From an uncultured Bacilli bacterium (lineage in GTDB: Bacteria > Bacillota_I > Bacilli_A > RF39 > UBA660): a stretch of DNA of 64,000 bases. The DNA lies in contig CAKORG010000002.1 of assembly GCA_934101495.1 (NCBI GenBank), positions 510 through 64,509 on the forward strand. The letters are read 5' to 3'. The notes beneath the pieces are model-generated. The model did no database searches and had not been told where the DNA came from. It was given only the letters and a program-made list of their open reading frames with translations. This document shows, one piece after another, positions 46,126-56,079 of this stretch (positions within the stretch are counted from its first letter, which is position 1; each line of letters starts with the position of its first letter). Both the position numbers and the translations under genes were made by a program.

Positions 46126-46670
46126 GCAGTTTAGAAGGAAATATTGTTGGTGTAATCAGTAATGACTACAAAAATGAAGACTATAGTGATAAAGTTGTTA
46201 AAGATATTGTTTTAAATAGAGCAAGTGATGCATTAAAAATGGTTGGTCTTAGTGAAAGTGCTTTGGAATGTAAGTTTGATGATTTAAGTCATGGTAATCA
46301 AAATAGAGTAGTTCTTGCTAGTAAACTTCAAGATAAATGTATTATTTTGAATAATTTTAGTATTGGTCTAACAAATAAGGATATTGAATTTTTTAAAAAA
46401 TTATTTAAAAGAGTATCTAGTTATGGAAGAAAAATAGTATTAGTAGATACAAATAGTAATTTGTTTTTTAATCTTGTTGATAAAGTTTATGTTATAAGCA
46501 AAGAAATAATATATGAAACAAGTGATATGTTTGATAAAGTTTTGAGTGAAAATATTGATTTGCCAAAGATAGTGGAATTTTCTAACAAAAGTGAAAATAA
46601 AGGTATAAAAATAAACCATTATAAGGAATTAGATGAGCTTTTAAAAGCTATTTATAGGATTAAATCATGA
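46116..46670 (+). CDS. degenerate EcfA-like (ABC ATPase-derived) protein lacking nucleotide-binding motifs
   Basis: LSHGNQNRVVLASKL replaces LSGGQ.RRVAIA, and CIILNNFSIGL replaces Walker B hhhhDEPTxGL. No P-loop. Sits immediately upstream of truA. Confidence 0.55.
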   Translation: MELSSLEGNIVGVISNDYKNEDYSDKVVKDIVLNRASDALKMVGLSESALECKFDDLSHGNQNRVVLASKLQDKCIILNNFSIGLTNKDIEFFKKLFKRVSSYGRKIVLVDTNSNLFFNLVDKVYVISKEIIYETSDMFDKVLSENIDLPKIVEFSNKSENKGIKINHYKELDELLKAIYRIKS

Positions 46671-47392
46671 GATATTTAATTAAGTTTAGTTATGATGGGA
46701 CAAAGTTTCATGGTTTTCAAAGGCAAAATGATGTTAAAAGTGTGCAAAAAACTTTGGAAGATGATTTAAGTAAGCTTTTAGCTACTGAAATAGTTATAAA
46801 GGGAAGTGGAAGAACTGATGCTGGTGTTCATGCCTTAGGTCAATGTGCTCATTTTGATTACGATGGTAAGTTTACTAGTAAAGAAGTTTATGAATTAAAT
46901 AAAATATTAAATAATGAAATAGTAATAAAAAATTGTAAAAAAGTAGGGAATAATTTTCATGCAAGACATAGTGTGAAGAAAAAGACTTATGTGTATAAAA
47001 TCAATAATGGTAACTATAGAAAAGATTATGAAGGTTATTATTTTCAATGTAGGTATCCTTTGGATATAAGAAAAATGAGAAAAGCAAGTAAGTTGTTTGT
47101 TGGTGTTCATGATTTTCATAATTTTGTAAGTGGATTTAGAGTTGATTATACTACATGTATTTATAAAATTAATATTAAGAAATATGGTGATATCGTTCTT
47201 TTAAAATTTGTTGGTGCAGGATTTTATCGTTATATGGTGCGCCATTTAGTTGGAGCTTTAATAGATGTTGGTAGAGGTAAAGTAGATATTAATGTGATAC
47301 AAAATATGCTTGAAAATGAAAAATTAAATAAAAAATTAAGTATTGTGCCTGCAGATGGGCTTTATCTAAAAAAAATTGAATTTATAATGTAA
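46667..47392 (+). CDS. truA: tRNA pseudouridine(38-40) synthase TruA
   Basis: YDGTKFHGFQRQ, GSGRTDAGVHALGQ, FYRYMVRHLVG. Confidence 0.95.
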   Translation: MRYLIKFSYDGTKFHGFQRQNDVKSVQKTLEDDLSKLLATEIVIKGSGRTDAGVHALGQCAHFDYDGKFTSKEVYELNKILNNEIVIKNCKKVGNNFHARHSVKKKTYVYKINNGNYRKDYEGYYFQCRYPLDIRKMRKASKLFVGVHDFHNFVSGFRVDYTTCIYKINIKKYGDIVLLKFVGAGFYRYMVRHLVGALIDVGRGKVDINVIQNMLENEKLNKKLSIVPADGLYLKKIEFIM

Positions 47393-47447
47393 AATGTTGT
47401 TTTTTTTAATGAAATTAACAAAAAAAAGTAAAAATGACCAAAAACAT

Positions 47448-47476
47448 TTGACTTTTGGCCATTTTTTTCATATAAT
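47448..47476 (+). promoter_or_regulatory. sigma-A promoter of rplM-rpsI
   Basis: TTGACT at 47448-47453, 17-nt spacer, TATAAT at 47471-47476. An approximately 80-nt leader follows, so an L13 leader is possible. Confidence 0.65.
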
Positions 47477-47555
47477 TTTAATCGGTACATTTTATTTATG
47501 TGATTTGTTTAGTCGTGGGAAAATTAAACAGAAAACATGATGAAAGGATTAATAT

Positions 47556-47987
47556 ATGAAAACATTTATGCAAAAAAAAGAAAATATCGAAAGAAATTGG
47601 TATGTTATTGATGCTGAAGGTCAAACTTTAGGTCGAATTGCTACTAAAGCTGCTCACGTTTTACGTGGAAAACACAAAGTTATTTACACTCCATATGTTG
47701 ATTGTGGTGACTATGTAATCATCGTTAATGCTGAAAAGGTTGTTCTAACTGGAAATAAGCTAGAAGATAAGAAATATTATAATCATAGTGGATTCCCAGG
47801 AGGACTTAGAGAAAGAACTGCTAAAGAAATGATTAGTAATTATCCAGAAGAAATGGTTGAAAGAGCTGTTAAAGGAATGCTTCCTCATAATAGACTTGGT
47901 AATGCTATGGGTAAGAAATTGTTTGTTTATAGCGGACCTGATCATAAACATGAAGCTCAAAAGCCTAAGGCTTTGGAAGTTAAATAG
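47556..47987 (+). CDS. rplM: 50S ribosomal protein L13
   Basis: [33 protein letters not shown]. Confidence 0.98.
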   Translation: MKTFMQKKENIERNWYVIDAEGQTLGRIATKAAHVLRGKHKVIYTPYVDCGDYVIIVNAEKVVLTGNKLEDKKYYNHSGFPGGLRERTAKEMISNYPEEMVERAVKGMLPHNRLGNAMGKKLFVYSGPDHKHEAQKPKALEVK

Positions 47988-47995
47988 GAGGAATT

Positions 47996-48415
47996 ATGGC
48001 TAAGAAACAAGAATGGACAGCAACTGGTAGAAGAAAAAGAAGTGTAGCGAGAGTTAGACTTGTTGGTGGTACTGGTAATATTATTGTTAATGGTGTTGAT
48101 GTTAATGAATATATGCCATTTGCAACACTAGTTATGGATTTAAAACAACCATTAGTTGCAACAGGTAATGAAAACAGATTTGACATTGACGTTAATGTAA
48201 CTGGTGGTGGATTTTCTGGACAAACTGGTGCAATCCGTCTAGGTATTACTAGAGCACTTTTAGCATTTGATGCTAATACAGATCAAACTAGAGAAGATAG
48301 TTATAGACATATTCTTAAAAATGCTGGATTTGTTACAAGAGATCCAAGAGTTAAAGAACGTAAGAAATATGGTCTTAAGAAAGCAAGAAGAGCTCCACAA
48401 TTTAGTAAACGTTAG
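47996..48415 (+). CDS. rpsI: 30S ribosomal protein S9
   Basis: [55 protein letters not shown]. Confidence 0.98.
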   Translation: MAKKQEWTATGRRKRSVARVRLVGGTGNIIVNGVDVNEYMPFATLVMDLKQPLVATGNENRFDIDVNVTGGGFSGQTGAIRLGITRALLAFDANTDQTREDSYRHILKNAGFVTRDPRVKERKKYGLKKARRAPQFSKR

Positions 48416-48434
48416 TAGATATTTTGATTTTAAT

Positions 48435-48466
48435 CCTCATGAACCTTTGGTTTGTGAGGTTTTTTG
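48435..48466 (+). terminator. intrinsic terminator after rpsI
   Basis: An 11-bp stem, CCTCATGAACC-ttt-GGTTTGTGAGG (two G-U pairs), followed by TTTTTT. Confidence 0.75.
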
Positions 48467-48549
48467 ATAAAATAATATTGCTTTTTTAATGACTTTTTAT
48501 AATAAATTTGGTAAAATATTCATGAAATGACTGAGATGGGTGGTTAGTT

Positions 48550-49416
48550 ATGAGAATTAGTAATGAATGGAAAGATTATGAATGTTTGGATGCTGGTAAT
48601 GGTGAAAAGTTAGAACGTTGGGGTAATATTGTTCTTAGAAGACCAGAACCTCTTGCTATGTGGCCAATTGAGATGGATAATGCTTGGAAAAAAGTTGATG
48701 GAGTTTATTATAGATTTGTTGATGGTGGTGGACACTGGGAATTTAATAAAAAATTACCTGATTTTTGGACTGTAAATTATAAAGATTTAAAGTTTAAAGT
48801 TAGTCCAACTAATTTTAAACATACTGGTTTATTTCCTGAACAAGCTTGCAATTGGGATTTTATGATGGATAAAATTAAAAATGCTAATAGACCTATTAAA
48901 GTTCTTAATTTATTTGGCTACACAGGTGGTGCAACTGTTGCATGTAGTAAAGCTGGTGCAGAACTTGTTGTTCATGTTGATGCTGCACGTGGAATGGTTG
49001 AATGGGCTAAAGAAAATGCAAAACTTTCTGGAATAGAAAATAATTATATTAGATTTTTAGTTGATGATTGTTTAAAATTTGTGGAAAGAGAAATAAGGCG
49101 TGGTAATAAGTATGATGCTATTGTTATGGATCCTCCATCATATGGAAGAGGTCCAAGTGGTGAAGTATGGAAACTTGAAAAAAACTTAGAAGAACTTGTT
49201 AGTAGATGCACTCTGCTTCTAAGTGATAAACCATTATTTTTCCTTATAAATGCTTATACTACAGGTGTTTCTAGTACTGTTTTACATAATATTTTAAAAT
49301 TAACTGTTGGTAAAACTTATGGCGGTATTGTTGATGCTGGAGAAATTGGCCTTCCAATAAGCAAGAATGATTTAGTACTTCCATGTGGTATTTATGGTAG
49401 ATGGCAAGATGAATAA
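48550..49416 (+). CDS. class I SAM-dependent (rRNA large-subunit RlmI/K-type) methyltransferase
   Basis: LNLFGYTGGATVA, VVHVDAA, IVMDPPSYGRG. Confidence 0.8.
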   Translation: MRISNEWKDYECLDAGNGEKLERWGNIVLRRPEPLAMWPIEMDNAWKKVDGVYYRFVDGGGHWEFNKKLPDFWTVNYKDLKFKVSPTNFKHTGLFPEQACNWDFMMDKIKNANRPIKVLNLFGYTGGATVACSKAGAELVVHVDAARGMVEWAKENAKLSGIENNYIRFLVDDCLKFVEREIRRGNKYDAIVMDPPSYGRGPSGEVWKLEKNLEELVSRCTLLLSDKPLFFLINAYTTGVSSTVLHNILKLTVGKTYGGIVDAGEIGLPISKNDLVLPCGIYGRWQDE

Positions 49417-50080
49417 AATTATTTATGAAGATAATCATTTATTGGTCGTAGAAAAACCTCAGAATGTACTTGTGCAAGCAGATAATACGAATGATTTAGA
49501 TTTGCTTACTAGCTTAAAAAAGTATATTAAAGAAAAATATAATAAACCTGGTGAAGTTTATTTGGGCCTTGTGCATAGACTTGATAGACCTGTTGGTGGT
49601 GTTATGGTGTTTGCAAGAACTAGTAAGGCAGCATCAAGACTAAGTAATATGATAAGACTTAAAGAATTTGAAAAAACTTATTTAGCTGTTGTTGAAGGTA
49701 AAGTTCCAGATGAAGGTGTATTTGAAGATTATTTGTTAAAAATAGAAAATGAAAATAGAACTATTGTGGATAAGAATGGAAAATATTCTAAACTTAGTTA
49801 TAAATTATTAAGCTATAAAGACGGACTTAGTTTGGTTAGAATAAAACTTGATACTGGAAGATCACATCAAATTAGAGTACAATTTTCATCTCGCGGGTAT
49901 GCTTTGTGGGGTGATCAAAAATATAATTCTAAGGCAAAAGTGGGAAATCAAATTGCTTTGTGGGCTTATGAGATAAAGTTTAAACATCCTGTTCGTGATG
50001 AGATTGTGGACTTTAAATGTAATCCACCGATGAATGCCCCTTGGAACTTATTTGGAGATGTTTTGAATGGAAAGATATAA
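49409..50080 (+). CDS. RluA-family pseudouridine synthase
   Basis: LLVVEKP, HRLDRPVGGVMVFA (catalytic Asp), GRSHQIRVQ. Confidence 0.88.
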   Translation: MNKIIYEDNHLLVVEKPQNVLVQADNTNDLDLLTSLKKYIKEKYNKPGEVYLGLVHRLDRPVGGVMVFARTSKAASRLSNMIRLKEFEKTYLAVVEGKVPDEGVFEDYLLKIENENRTIVDKNGKYSKLSYKLLSYKDGLSLVRIKLDTGRSHQIRVQFSSRGYALWGDQKYNSKAKVGNQIALWAYEIKFKHPVRDEIVDFKCNPPMNAPWNLFGDVLNGKI

Positions 50081-50894
50081 AGAAATAGAAAAAAGTATTA
50101 TAAAAAGATTTAGAAAGGAGATATGGGCTAAGTTTGTAAAAGCTGTTAAAGATTATAAACTTATTAACGAAGGCGATAAAGTTATGGTTTGTATTTCTGG
50201 TGGTAAAGATTCCTTTTTGCTTGCTAAGTGTGTGGAAGAATTAAAGAAACATGGCAAAGTTAATTTTGATGCTTGTTATGTTTGTATGAATCCAGGTTAT
50301 AATGAAATAAATAAACAAATGATACTCAGAAATGCTAAAATATTAAATGTAGATTTAGAGATGTTTGAAAGCGATATATTTGATGTTGCTAATATTTTAA
50401 ATGAAAAAAGCCCTTGTTATATGTGTGCTAGAATGAGAAGAGGATATCTTTATAATAGAGCTAAGGAACTTGGTTGTAATAAAATTGCTTTAGGACATCA
50501 TTTTGATGATGTAATTGAAACAACACTTTTATCTATGTTTTATGGAAGTGAAATAAAAACTATGCTTCCTAAGTTACATAGTGAAAACTTTGAAGGACTA
50601 GAGCTTATTAGACCACTTTATTTGGTAAAAGAAGCAAATGTACTTGCTTGGTGTAAATATAATGATTTAACTTTTATTAATTGTGCGTGTAAATTTACTG
50701 ATAGAGTAAGTAAAAGTGATGAACATATTAGTAAGAGAAAAGAAATGAAAGAACTTATTAAGAATCTTAGAGAAATAAATCCAGATATTGATTATAATAT
50801 ATTTAAATCTATGGATAATGTTAATTTGAATTGTGTGCTTGGCATACGAAAAGATGGAGTACATAAAAGTTTTATGGAGGATTATGATAAATAA
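50067..50894 (+). CDS. PP-loop ATPase, TtcA-like tRNA 2-thiocytidine biosynthesis protein
   Basis: CISGGKDS PP-loop, CYMCARMRRG, GHHFDD. Confidence 0.8.
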   Translation: MERYKEIEKSIIKRFRKEIWAKFVKAVKDYKLINEGDKVMVCISGGKDSFLLAKCVEELKKHGKVNFDACYVCMNPGYNEINKQMILRNAKILNVDLEMFESDIFDVANILNEKSPCYMCARMRRGYLYNRAKELGCNKIALGHHFDDVIETTLLSMFYGSEIKTMLPKLHSENFEGLELIRPLYLVKEANVLAWCKYNDLTFINCACKFTDRVSKSDEHISKRKEMKELIKNLREINPDIDYNIFKSMDNVNLNCVLGIRKDGVHKSFMEDYDK

Positions 50895-50921
50895 TTCTTC
50901 TTTTTTATAATATAATTTATT

Positions 50922-51572
50922 ATGAAAAGTTATTATGTTAAAATTATTTCTGTTTTTTTAGGTTTATTTATACTTATGTATGGTTATCCAGTAAAGGCTG
51001 ATTTACCACTTCAAGGTAAAGTGATTGTTGTTGATAGTGGTCATGGTGGTCTTGATCCTGGCGCTCTTTATAATGATATTTATGAAAAAGATATAACTCT
51101 TGCAATTGGTAAATATTTGGAAGAAGATTTGAGTAAAATGGGTGCCACAGTTATTATGACAAGAAATAATGATAATGATTTAAGTAATGGTGCTAAAAAT
51201 CATCGTAAAAGAGCTGATTTTGATGAAAGAATTAAAATTATAAATCAAAAATATATTGATATGTATGTTTCTGTGCATTTAAATTATTTAACTGATTCAA
51301 GGTATTATGGTGCTCAAGTTTTTTATAATAAAGATAATAAAAAGTTGGCTGAAAGTGTGCAAGAATATTTAAATATAAATACGAATAGTGATAGAAATGT
51401 AAAAAAAATACCTACCTCAACATATATGTATGATAAGTTAAAAACTAAAGGTATTTTAGTAGAATGTGGTTTCTTATCAAATTCTATGGAAAGAAGTAAG
51501 CTTGTAACTAAAGAATATCAAAGGGAATTTGCGGAAGTTCTTGCAGAAGCTATAAGTCATTATTATAATTAA
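50922..51572 (+). CDS. cwlD: N-acetylmuramoyl-L-alanine amidase CwlD (germination-specific)
   Basis: VVDSGHGGLDPGA, VSVHLN, VECGFLSN. N-terminal anchor. Located downstream of rpsI as in B. subtilis. Confidence 0.85.
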   Translation: MKSYYVKIISVFLGLFILMYGYPVKADLPLQGKVIVVDSGHGGLDPGALYNDIYEKDITLAIGKYLEEDLSKMGATVIMTRNNDNDLSNGAKNHRKRADFDERIKIINQKYIDMYVSVHLNYLTDSRYYGAQVFYNKDNKKLAESVQEYLNINTNSDRNVKKIPTSTYMYDKLKTKGILVECGFLSNSMERSKLVTKEYQREFAEVLAEAISHYYN

Positions 51573-51789
51573 TGTAGAATAGTTTTAAAAAATTTGCCAT
51601 AATTATGACAGTTTTAGATTGGGAGTTTTAAATATCCTTAAACATGTATATGAAAAGTTAATAAGTGCTGAAAGTAAAAAAATTAGATTTTCACTTTTTT
51701 TTCACAAGTTTTTTACATTATATCCATTAATTAGGTATATATTTATTTTGTCAGTTGTGATATAATGTTTAAAGTAAAGGCGGTATAGT

Positions 51790-52725
51790 GTGAAATCAAA
51801 AACATTTAAAACATTAGATGAACAAATTGACATACTAACTAAAAAAGGATTAGTGGTTGAAGATTTTGAAACTGCTAAAACTGTTTTGTTACGTGAAAAT
51901 TACTTTTTCTTAAGTGGTTACCGTCATTTATTTATGAGACCCGATGATAACAAGACTTATCTTGAAGGTACAACATTTAATGAATTGTATTCAATGTTTC
52001 TTTTTGATAGACAAATAAGAAATATAATTTTTAAAAATATTTTAATAGTAGAAAATAATTTAAAAAGTATACTTGCTTATATTATGAGTAAAAATCATGG
52101 GTTTAAAGAAAATAATTATTTAAATCCAAATAACTTTGTGAGAGATTCAAGAAGAAATAGACAAATTAATGATTTAATCAGAAAAATGAAAAGACAGATA
52201 AGTGTTAATGGTAAACAACATAGTGCAACAGCTCATTACATCATAAATTATGGTTATATTCCTCTTTGGGTTGTTGTTAAAGTTTTATCGTTTGGAATAG
52301 TAGGTGAACTTTATACTGTACTTCAATATCAAGACCAAAAGGAAATTGCTGATGTTTTTGGGGTTAGTATTGATAGTATGGTTGATTATTTACCAATTGT
52401 AGCTAATTATCGTAATTTGTGTGCTCATGAAGATATTTGTTATGTTAATAGAACTCAAAAGGCTATTGATGATACAAAATATCATAAACTATTGTATATT
52501 CCTAAGATAAATGAAGAATATATATATGGGAAGAATGATTTGTTTGCACTTATAATTATTTTAAAACAGTTATTAGATGAAGATAATTTTAACTTATTTA
52601 TTAGCGAAATCAGTTATGAATTTGATAGACTTTCTGGTAAATTAAAGGTAATTAAGATAGAAAAAGTATTACATGAAATGGGATTTCCAAATAATTTTAA
52701 AGAAATAGTGAGGTTAGAAAAATGA
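51790..52725 (+). CDS. Abi_2 family (AbiD/AbiF-like) abortive-infection protein
   Basis: The N-terminus FKTLDEQIDILTKKGLVVEDFETAKTVLLRENYFFLSGYRHLF is the hallmark Abi_2 opening. HEDICY follows near RNLCAHE. GTG start after AAAGGCGG. Confidence 0.8.
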   Translation: MKSKTFKTLDEQIDILTKKGLVVEDFETAKTVLLRENYFFLSGYRHLFMRPDDNKTYLEGTTFNELYSMFLFDRQIRNIIFKNILIVENNLKSILAYIMSKNHGFKENNYLNPNNFVRDSRRNRQINDLIRKMKRQISVNGKQHSATAHYIINYGYIPLWVVVKVLSFGIVGELYTVLQYQDQKEIADVFGVSIDSMVDYLPIVANYRNLCAHEDICYVNRTQKAIDDTKYHKLLYIPKINEEYIYGKNDLFALIIILKQLLDEDNFNLFISEISYEFDRLSGKLKVIKIEKVLHEMGFPNNFKEIVRLEK

Positions 52726-53834
52726 ATGAAGAACAAAACAAACAAAGAAGAAAGATAGTTTATTATTTAATTGCATTTTTTGTAGGATGCTTAGCTATGT
52801 ATGCTGTTGTGTACTTTTTCCCGACTAGTATAACTGAAAGTATTACTAAACTTGAAAAAGATGTTACGGTTACTGATACAGGTATTGCAGATGCTGTGGA
52901 AAAGGTTTATGATGCTGTAGTGGTTGTATCTACTTATAAAGATCAAACTTTGATATCATCTGGTACTGGCTTTGTTTATAAAAAAGATGGTAATAAATAT
53001 TATATTTTAACAAATCATCATGTTATTGATGGTGGTAATAAAGTTACAGTTACATTTACAAGTAAAGAGGTTGAAGAAACTAAAATTGTTGGTTCAGACC
53101 AATATGCTGATATTGCAGTTTTAAGTTTAGAAAGTTCAAAAGATTTAGCTGTTGCTGAGCTTGGTAAGAGTGAAGCTTTAAGAGTTGGTGATACTGCATT
53201 TGCGGTTGGGGCACCACTTGATACTGCTTATTCTTGGACTGTTACGAGAGGCATTGTTTCTGGCAAAGAAAGAGAAGTGGCTGTTTCATTAAATAATTCT
53301 AGAAGTAATGATTACGTTATGAAAGTATTACAAACTGATGCAGCAATTAATTCAGGTAACAGTGGTGGACCTTTATGTAATAGTAATGGTGAAGTAATTG
53401 GTATTACATCACTTAAACTTGTAAGTAGTGGTGTTGAAGGTATGGGATTTGCTATTCCAATTGAAAATGCTGTTACTAAAGCAGAACAAATTATAAGTGG
53501 TGATGCATATGAATATCCTTATTTAGGTATTCAAATGCTAGATATTACAGATGCTTATAGTTTATATCAATATTATGATTTAATTAAGTCTTCGGGTCTT
53601 TCTGGTGGGGTTCTTGTTGCAAGTATAGAAAAAGGTAGTCCAGCTAGTAAAGCTAAATTTGAAAAAAATGATATAATTACTAAAATAGATGGTAATGATA
53701 TTAAGAATCTAGCTTATTTAAGATATTATTTGTATCAACATAAAGTAGGCGATACTATTAAAGTTACAGTTTATAGAGATGGAAAAACTAAAGAATTAAG
53801 TGTTACTTTAGGAACAAATAAGCAAACAACATAG
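52722..53834 (+). CDS. htrA: membrane-anchored HtrA/DegP-family serine protease with PDZ domain
   Basis: TM anchor, catalytic triad regions TNHHVI, DIAVL, GNSGGPL, and a C-terminal PDZ domain (GVLVASIEKGSPASKA). Confidence 0.93.
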   Translation: MNEEQNKQRRKIVYYLIAFFVGCLAMYAVVYFFPTSITESITKLEKDVTVTDTGIADAVEKVYDAVVVVSTYKDQTLISSGTGFVYKKDGNKYYILTNHHVIDGGNKVTVTFTSKEVEETKIVGSDQYADIAVLSLESSKDLAVAELGKSEALRVGDTAFAVGAPLDTAYSWTVTRGIVSGKEREVAVSLNNSRSNDYVMKVLQTDAAINSGNSGGPLCNSNGEVIGITSLKLVSSGVEGMGFAIPIENAVTKAEQIISGDAYEYPYLGIQMLDITDAYSLYQYYDLIKSSGLSGGVLVASIEKGSPASKAKFEKNDIITKIDGNDIKNLAYLRYYLYQHKVGDTIKVTVYRDGKTKELSVTLGTNKQTT

Positions 53835-53862
53835 TTTGCTTATTTAACTTTTTGGAGGGTAT

Positions 53863-54474
53863 ATGAAATTAAAAAGATTTGTGGCATATTTAATTGATAT
53901 TTTACTTGTGGGATTTATTGCATCAGCTATTGCAAGTATTGATGTATTAAATCCTTATTATGATGATTATTTGGATGCTTATGAAAATTTTAATGAAACT
54001 ATTGATAGTATAGATGAAAGTAATGTAGTAGAAATAGTTACAAGTAGTGATTTTACTGATGAATATAGAAGTGTTTTAAAGTATGGAGCATGTGCTTCGA
54101 TTATTTCTGTTTCTTGTTATTTGCTTTATTTTGTTGGTTTTCAAAAATGGAATAAAAATCAAACTATTGGTAAGAAACTTATGAAAATTAAGGTTGTTAA
54201 TAAAGATGGTAGTGATAATGTAAACGTTTTGAGATATATTGCAAGAACAATGGTTGCTTATAATTTGTTTTTTAATAGTTTAGGCATTTGTATAGCATTT
54301 TATTTTAGTGGAAAATCTTTTTTAATAATATTTATGGTTGTTAGTTTGCTGGGATATTTGATTACTTATGCTGGTTATTTAATGGTTTTATTTAAGAAAG
54401 ATGGAAGAGGTATTCATGATATAGTTGGTGCTACTAAAGTTGTGGAGGTAGAAAATGTCACTTGTGAAAGTTAA
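53863..54474 (+). CDS. RDD-family membrane protein
   Basis: KRFVAYLIDILLVGF..., ...RGIHDIVGATKVV. Confidence 0.8.
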   Translation: MKLKRFVAYLIDILLVGFIASAIASIDVLNPYYDDYLDAYENFNETIDSIDESNVVEIVTSSDFTDEYRSVLKYGACASIISVSCYLLYFVGFQKWNKNQTIGKKLMKIKVVNKDGSDNVNVLRYIARTMVAYNLFFNSLGICIAFYFSGKSFLIIFMVVSLLGYLITYAGYLMVLFKKDGRGIHDIVGATKVVEVENVTCES

Positions 54475-54916
54475 AGAATATTTAAAACAATATGGAAAAG
54501 ATAAAGAAATAATAGAATTTAATGAATCTAGTGCAACAGTTAGTGAAGCTGCTCATGCTATTGGATGTGGTGAAGCAGATATTGCAAAAACTTTATCATA
54601 TATAGTTGATGGTAAACCTATTTTAATTGTCATGGCTGGTGATAAAAGATGTGATAATCATAAATATAAAGTATATTTTCATGAAAAAGCTCATATGATA
54701 CCAAAAGAAAATTTAGTGGAATTAATTGGCCATGAAGCTGGTGGTGTATGTCCATTCGGAGTAAATGAAAATGTGGATATATATCTTGATGTATCCTTGA
54801 AGGAACATGAATTTGTGTATCCTGCTTGCGGAAGTACTAATAGTGCTATTAAGCTTTCCATTAAGGAGTTAGAAAATCTATCCATGTATAAAGAATGGAT
54901 AGATGTAACAAACTAA
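54455..54916 (+). CDS. YbaK/EbsC-family aminoacyl-tRNA deacylase
   Basis: KTLSYIVDGKPILIVMAGDKRCDNHK...GGVCPFG. Confidence 0.85.
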   Translation: MSLVKVKEYLKQYGKDKEIIEFNESSATVSEAAHAIGCGEADIAKTLSYIVDGKPILIVMAGDKRCDNHKYKVYFHEKAHMIPKENLVELIGHEAGGVCPFGVNENVDIYLDVSLKEHEFVYPACGSTNSAIKLSIKELENLSMYKEWIDVTN

Positions 54917-54936
54917 TTACAATAAAACCAGCAAGT

Positions 54937-55500
54937 TTAAATACTTGCTGGTTTTAGTCTTATTCTTGCTTTACCTAAATCTTCTTCGGGTGTTTCTATT
55001 GTGTAATCTAAATGTGCAACACTTAATGCGTAGCTAAATCTGGTTTTTAGTTCATTTACCATGTTTATGTAAACTTGAACTGCACTTTCATAACGATTTT
55101 GCTTAATTAAATCATAACATGGTAGTATGTATTTATGTGCTAAGACTATTGAATCAATTACTGGACACTTTGCTAATTCATTACTTATTACAGGCCCAAT
55201 AATGTCATATTCTTGTAGTAAAGCTTTACCTGAATTAGTTTTCTTTAAATAATTTTCTCTGATAAATCTCAGTGTTTGTAAGACATCGCAATTGTCTTCA
55301 TATCCAAGAATCTCACAAACTATTGTAGTTATAAAGCAACCAGATGGTTGGTATCCTCCCTCAGGTCTTTTTACATAGCTATAGCATGCTTTTTCACTTG
55401 CATCTTTATATTTACAAGTTTCTGTGCAGTAATACCTATCTCCCCAATATTCTTTTTGATTTTTGTCAAAATGTGCACAATTTCCGCAGTAATCTGCCAT
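54937..55500 (-). CDS. hypothetical Cys-rich protein
   Basis: N-terminal CGNC...C..TC zinc-ribbon-like motif, followed by GCFITTIVCEILGYEDNCDVLQTLRFIRENYL. Confidence 0.55.
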   Translation of the reverse strand: MADYCGNCAHFDKNQKEYWGDRYYCTETCKYKDASEKACYSYVKRPEGGYQPSGCFITTIVCEILGYEDNCDVLQTLRFIRENYLKKTNSGKALLQEYDIIGPVISNELAKCPVIDSIVLAHKYILPCYDLIKQNRYESAVQVYINMVNELKTRFSYALSVAHLDYTIETPEEDLGKARIRLKPASI

Positions 55501-55624
55501 TTTACTATTCCCCCTTTTTGAGTAATATATATTATAGTCATTTTTTAGAAAAAGTCAAGTTTTTAATTGTAAGGCACTTGACAATTTTTAATTAATGTAT
55601 TAATATTGTGTAGCGGTGGTGGAT

Positions 55625-56077
55625 ATGGAAGATAGATTGCTTTATAATCTAAATTTGTTAAATAAGCTTATTGCGAGAGAATTTATCTGTAATAATAAGG
55701 ATTTGTTTAATGGTGAACCCAGTGCAACTCAGATGATTATTATGGATTATATTTTAAACCATCAAAATGAAGATATTTATCAAAGAGATTTAGAAGAAGT
55801 GCTTCACTTAAGAAGAGCCACTGTTTCTGGAGTTCTTCAAACTATGGAAAAACATGGATTAGTTGAAAGAGTTTTGTGTGAGAAAGATGTTAGATGTAAG
55901 AAAATTATTTTAAAAGAAAAAGCTAAGAAAATGTTTGATATGAAAAGAATGGAATTCTATAAAATGGAAGAGGTTATTAAAAAAGGCTTAAGTGAAGAAG
56001 AAATTGAAATATTTTGTCATATAATAAAAAGTATGCAAGATAATATAAACGAGTATGCAAATAGAAGAAAGGATTAA
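55625..56077 (+). CDS. MarR-family transcriptional regulator
   Basis: Winged HTH: QRDLEEVLHLRRATVSGVLQTMEKHGLVER. Promoter TTGACA-17-TAATAT lies upstream. Confidence 0.88.
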   Translation: MEDRLLYNLNLLNKLIAREFICNNKDLFNGEPSATQMIIMDYILNHQNEDIYQRDLEEVLHLRRATVSGVLQTMEKHGLVERVLCEKDVRCKKIILKEKAKKMFDMKRMEFYKMEEVIKKGLSEEEIEIFCHIIKSMQDNINEYANRRKD

Positions 56078-56079
56078 TT

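Noticed and set aside
55540-55600. AATTGT-n10-ACAATT dyad overlapping the marR promoter, as a possible MarR operator.
   Set aside because: It is a short 6-bp AT-rich dyad that could easily arise by chance in this composition. The idea is plausible but not supportable from sequence alone.
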